Below, piece by piece: positions 29,744-32,000 of a stretch of DNA of 32,000 nt. This stretch comes from Pyrodictium occultum. GTDB lineage: Archaea; Thermoproteota; Thermoprotei_A; Sulfolobales; Pyrodictiaceae. The notes under the pieces were generated by a model. That model had not been told where the DNA came from and did not search any database. It was given only the letters and a program-made list of their open reading frames with translations. Every line of letters starts with the position of its first letter. The first letter of the stretch is position 1. The stretch lies in the NCBI RefSeq assembly GCF_001462395.1, contig NZ_LNTB01000001.1:1350001-1382000 (forward strand), written 5' to 3'. Position numbers and translations under genes: made by a program.

Positions 29744-30901
29744 GTGGCCATCCCGGTTATAGGTGTGGCGCTCCAGCCTAGCTTCTGGCTCTGGGTAGCG
29801 GTCTACTCTATCGTGGCGCTCAGCCTCAACCTGGAGGCCGGTATAACAGGTATACCCAACTTCGGCAAGCACCTGCCGGTGATCATAGGCGCTGTTGTCG
29901 CGGCAGCCCTGCCGGGCTACCTGGGGGTGGCGCTGCTCCCCGAGAGTCTGAAGCAGCAGCTGGCCTCAACCACTGGGGGGAGCCTCAACTACGCCGGCGA
30001 GTACAACGCGTTCATAGCGGAGGCGCTGACCAAGTACTATGCAGCCCACCCGGGGCTCGCCGCCGGCCTCTTCCTGCTGGTGCTGGTAGTGGCAGCTGCA
30101 CTGGGCGCCGTGGTGGGCTGGCTGGCCGCCTACCCGGCTGCAAGGCTCCGGGCGGACTACCTGGCCATACTCCTGCTCGCCGCCGCCGAGGCGACGCTGA
30201 GGGTGGCCTACAACGCCCCCCAGCTGGGCGGCACCCTGGGGCTGACGGTCCCCAACACGCTGGTGTGGCTGGATAGCATGCTCCGAGGCGCCGGCGTGCC
30301 CCACGCCCACACGGTGTCGGTGCTGCTGATAACCCTGCTGATAGCAGCATTAACCTATGCCTACATGGAGCTGCTGGCCCGCGCGCCGGTGGGCAGGCTG
30401 CTGAAGAGCATACGCGAGAACGAGGTCGCGGCCGAGAGCCTGGGCAAGGACGTGGCGAGGATAAAGCTGAAGACCCTCATGGTGGGCTCCGCTCTGGCGG
30501 CGCTGGCGGGCGCGCTGTTCATGACGTGGTCGCTGGGCTGGATAGCCACCACCTACAACAGGGTGTCCTGGACCTTCTGGGTCTGGGCCATGATGATACT
30601 GGGCGGCATGGCTAACAACCTGGGCGTGCTGCTGGGCGTCTTCACCCTGGTGCTGGTCCGCCAGATGATAACCTACAATAAGACCGCTATAGCGCCCTAC
30701 CTGCCCTTCGACCCCGCCTGGCTCGACTACCTGGTGCTGGGCTCCCTGCTAGTGATACTGCTGATGGTGAGGCCGCAGGGCCTGCTGCCCGAGAAGACCA
30801 CCTACCCGCTGCCCAGGAAGAGGCTGGAAGAGAAGGCCCAGGGGCTAAGAGCCGGCGGAGCGCAGCCTGCGGTAGAGGTGGAGGGCGGCAGCAAGGTCTA
30901 G
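29744..30901 (+). CDS. livM: Branched-chain amino acid ABC transporter permease (LivM-type)
   Basis: 385-aa polytopic protein with SLNLEAGITGIPNFGKH and LKSIRENEVAAESLGKDV blocks. The GTG start is preceded by GGAGGGGGTG. The hydrophilic C-terminal tail overlaps the convergent gene. Confidence 0.85.
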   Translation: MAIPVIGVALQPSFWLWVAVYSIVALSLNLEAGITGIPNFGKHLPVIIGAVVAAALPGYLGVALLPESLKQQLASTTGGSLNYAGEYNAFIAEALTKYYAAHPGLAAGLFLLVLVVAAALGAVVGWLAAYPAARLRADYLAILLLAAAEATLRVAYNAPQLGGTLGLTVPNTLVWLDSMLRGAGVPHAHTVSVLLITLLIAALTYAYMELLARAPVGRLLKSIRENEVAAESLGKDVARIKLKTLMVGSALAALAGALFMTWSLGWIATTYNRVSWTFWVWAMMILGGMANNLGVLLGVFTLVLVRQMITYNKTAIAPYLPFDPAWLDYLVLGSLLVILLMVRPQGLLPEKTTYPLPRKRLEEKAQGLRAGGAQPAVEVEGGSKV

Positions 30902-31783
30902 CAGCGCGGTCCCAACGCTCTTATAGAGCCCGATATCGCCCCAGCCGCATTTCCTCCCCCGGAGCGCCTCCCCAAGCTCCACCAGCTCCACCCCCGTCTC
31001 CCCCACCGCCTCCTCGTCGAGGTCGCCGCTCTCCCTCAGCACGCCCTCCCTCGTGTCCACCAGGGCGCAGCGGGCCCGGAGCAGCACCTCCCGGTCCAGC
31101 TCCCTGACCGGCCTCGGCGCGCCCACGCTGGCCACCACGGCGCCGCTGCGCAGGAGGCCTCCCAGCACCACCGGGCTGGGGGACGTGGTGGCTGCCACCA
31201 CCACGTCGGAGCGGCGGAGAAGCTTCTCCAGGGAGACGGCCTCGCCCCCGTAGCTCTTGGCCAGCTCCCACGCCCTCGCCTTGTTCCTCGAAGCTACCAG
31301 GACCGTGCTGTAGCTGTATAGGCGAGTTAGCAGCCTGAGGTGGTAGCGGGCCTGCACCCCCGCGCCGACTACGCCGAGCACCCCGCTGGTCCCGCCCAGG
31401 AGGCGGAGCGCGGCGGCCGTGGCGGCGGCCGTCCTCCAGCCGGTGGCGGGGGCGGCGTCGGCCTCTAGCAGGGCCTCCCCCGTCTCGGCGTCCAGGAGGA
31501 GCAGGCGGCCCCGGACCAGGGGCAGGCCCCGCCCCGGGTTGCCAGGGTAGACCCCGACGATCTTAACCGCGTAGAAGCCCTGGCCCGCCGCGGGCATCAC
31601 GCCGAGCCAGGAGCCGCGGTGCTCCAGCGAGAGCCTGGGAGGCGCAGAGGCCCCGGAGGCCAGCAGCCTCTCCACATCCTCCACGAGGCCCTCCGGGTCG
31701 ACCAGGCGGTCCACGTCCCCTGCATCCAGGTAGACCGTCAAGGAGGCCCACACCTCCACGGGGTCTAGAGGAAGTCGCTCCAC
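30845..31783 (-). CDS. Ornithine cyclodeaminase / mu-crystallin family protein (archaeal members include alanine dehydrogenase)
   Basis: Family strings are GVMPAAG.GFYAVKIVGVYPGNP, TGWRTAAATAAALRLL, the Rossmann motif LGVVGAGVQARYHL and YKSVGTALLDLAAA. GTG 31783 is preceded by AGGAGG at about 7 nt. It overlaps the SWIM ORF stop by 19 nt. Confidence 0.8.
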   Translation of the reverse strand: MERLPLDPVEVWASLTVYLDAGDVDRLVDPEGLVEDVERLLASGASAPPRLSLEHRGSWLGVMPAAGQGFYAVKIVGVYPGNPGRGLPLVRGRLLLLDAETGEALLEADAAPATGWRTAAATAAALRLLGGTSGVLGVVGAGVQARYHLRLLTRLYSYSTVLVASRNKARAWELAKSYGGEAVSLEKLLRRSDVVVAATTSPSPVVLGGLLRSGAVVASVGAPRPVRELDREVLLRARCALVDTREGVLRESGDLDEEAVGETGVELVELGEALRGRKCGWGDIGLYKSVGTALLDLAAALHLYRRLRSAGS

Positions 31784-32000
31784 CAGGCGTCCTCCTGGCC
31801 GCCACGCTGCCTGGGCGCCGCGAGGAGCCCGTCGAGCAGGGCGCGGAGGAGGACAGCGACCGCGTGGCTGCAGGGCTGCCTAGAGCCGCAGCTGCAGCTG
31901 CTCCGGCGGTCGGCGAGGCTCACCTTCGCCTCGTAGGTGCGGCCGCCGCTGGTCTCCACCTCGCCGTAGACCGTGCCGGTCTCCTCGCTGTAGCTGGCCC
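31765..32000 (-). CDS. SWIM-type zinc-finger protein, 5' end outside the window (partial)
   Basis: CSCGSRQPCSHAVAV fits the SWIM pattern CxC-x(n)-CxH. The reading frame stays open to the window edge (..ASYSEETGTVYGEVETSGGRTYEAKV..), so the track start at 31959 is probably internal. Confidence 0.55.
   Translation of the reverse strand, partial: ASYSEETGTVYGEVETSGGRTYEAKVSLADRRSSCSCGSRQPCSHAVAVLLRALLDGLLAAPRQRGGQEDAWWSDFL

Overview
This is a densely packed chromosomal segment, roughly two-thirds G+C by eye. By inference it comes from a hyperthermophilic crenarchaeon, possibly Desulfurococcales or Pyrodictiaceae-like. Supporting signals are short AT-rich TATA-like boxes in very GC-rich spacers, frequent GTG/TTG starts, GGAGG motifs before operon-internal genes, the archaeal pantoate-kinase route to CoA, and membrane-anchored exoproteins with Thr-rich stalks. 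I call 31 protein-coding genes. In order they are: purE; hypA plus an Mrp/MinD-type ATPase; a UPF0201 protein; a sulfite-oxidase-fold Mo protein; a PD-(D/E)xK nuclease-fold protein; a three-gene membrane-bound Mo/W-bisPGD oxidoreductase operon (NrfD anchor, Tat-exported catalytic subunit, 4x[4Fe-4S] subunit); an ABC ATPase, ABC-2 permease and HExxH protein operon; acs plus a two-subunit CoA-transferase; a CoA-biosynthesis cluster (panB, panE, tandem-hotdog thioesterase, pantoate kinase, divergent coaBC); a CDF transporter; a large sequon-rich surface protein; a nitrilase-superfamily homologue lacking the catalytic Glu and Cys; a complete LivJ/GFHM-type ABC importer; an ornithine cyclodeaminase/mu-crystallin protein; and a 5'-truncated SWIM zinc-finger ORF. 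I found no rRNA, tRNA, CRISPR array, transposase or integrase. Most of the window is ordinary core metabolism, and I cannot point to a clear new multi-gene system. The items most worth a second look are the dead-triad nitrilase-like protein and the unassigned 405-bp region upstream of it, the ABC-2 exporter coupled to an uncharacterised HExxH protein, the anchor-first Mo/W oxidoreductase operon of unassigned substrate with a 23% G+C palindrome-rich island in front, the thioesterase embedded in the CoA-biosynthesis operon, and a G12/C12 homopolymer inside that operon. All family assignments come from motif recognition by eye, and start codons are often ambiguous between GTG, TTG and ATG.
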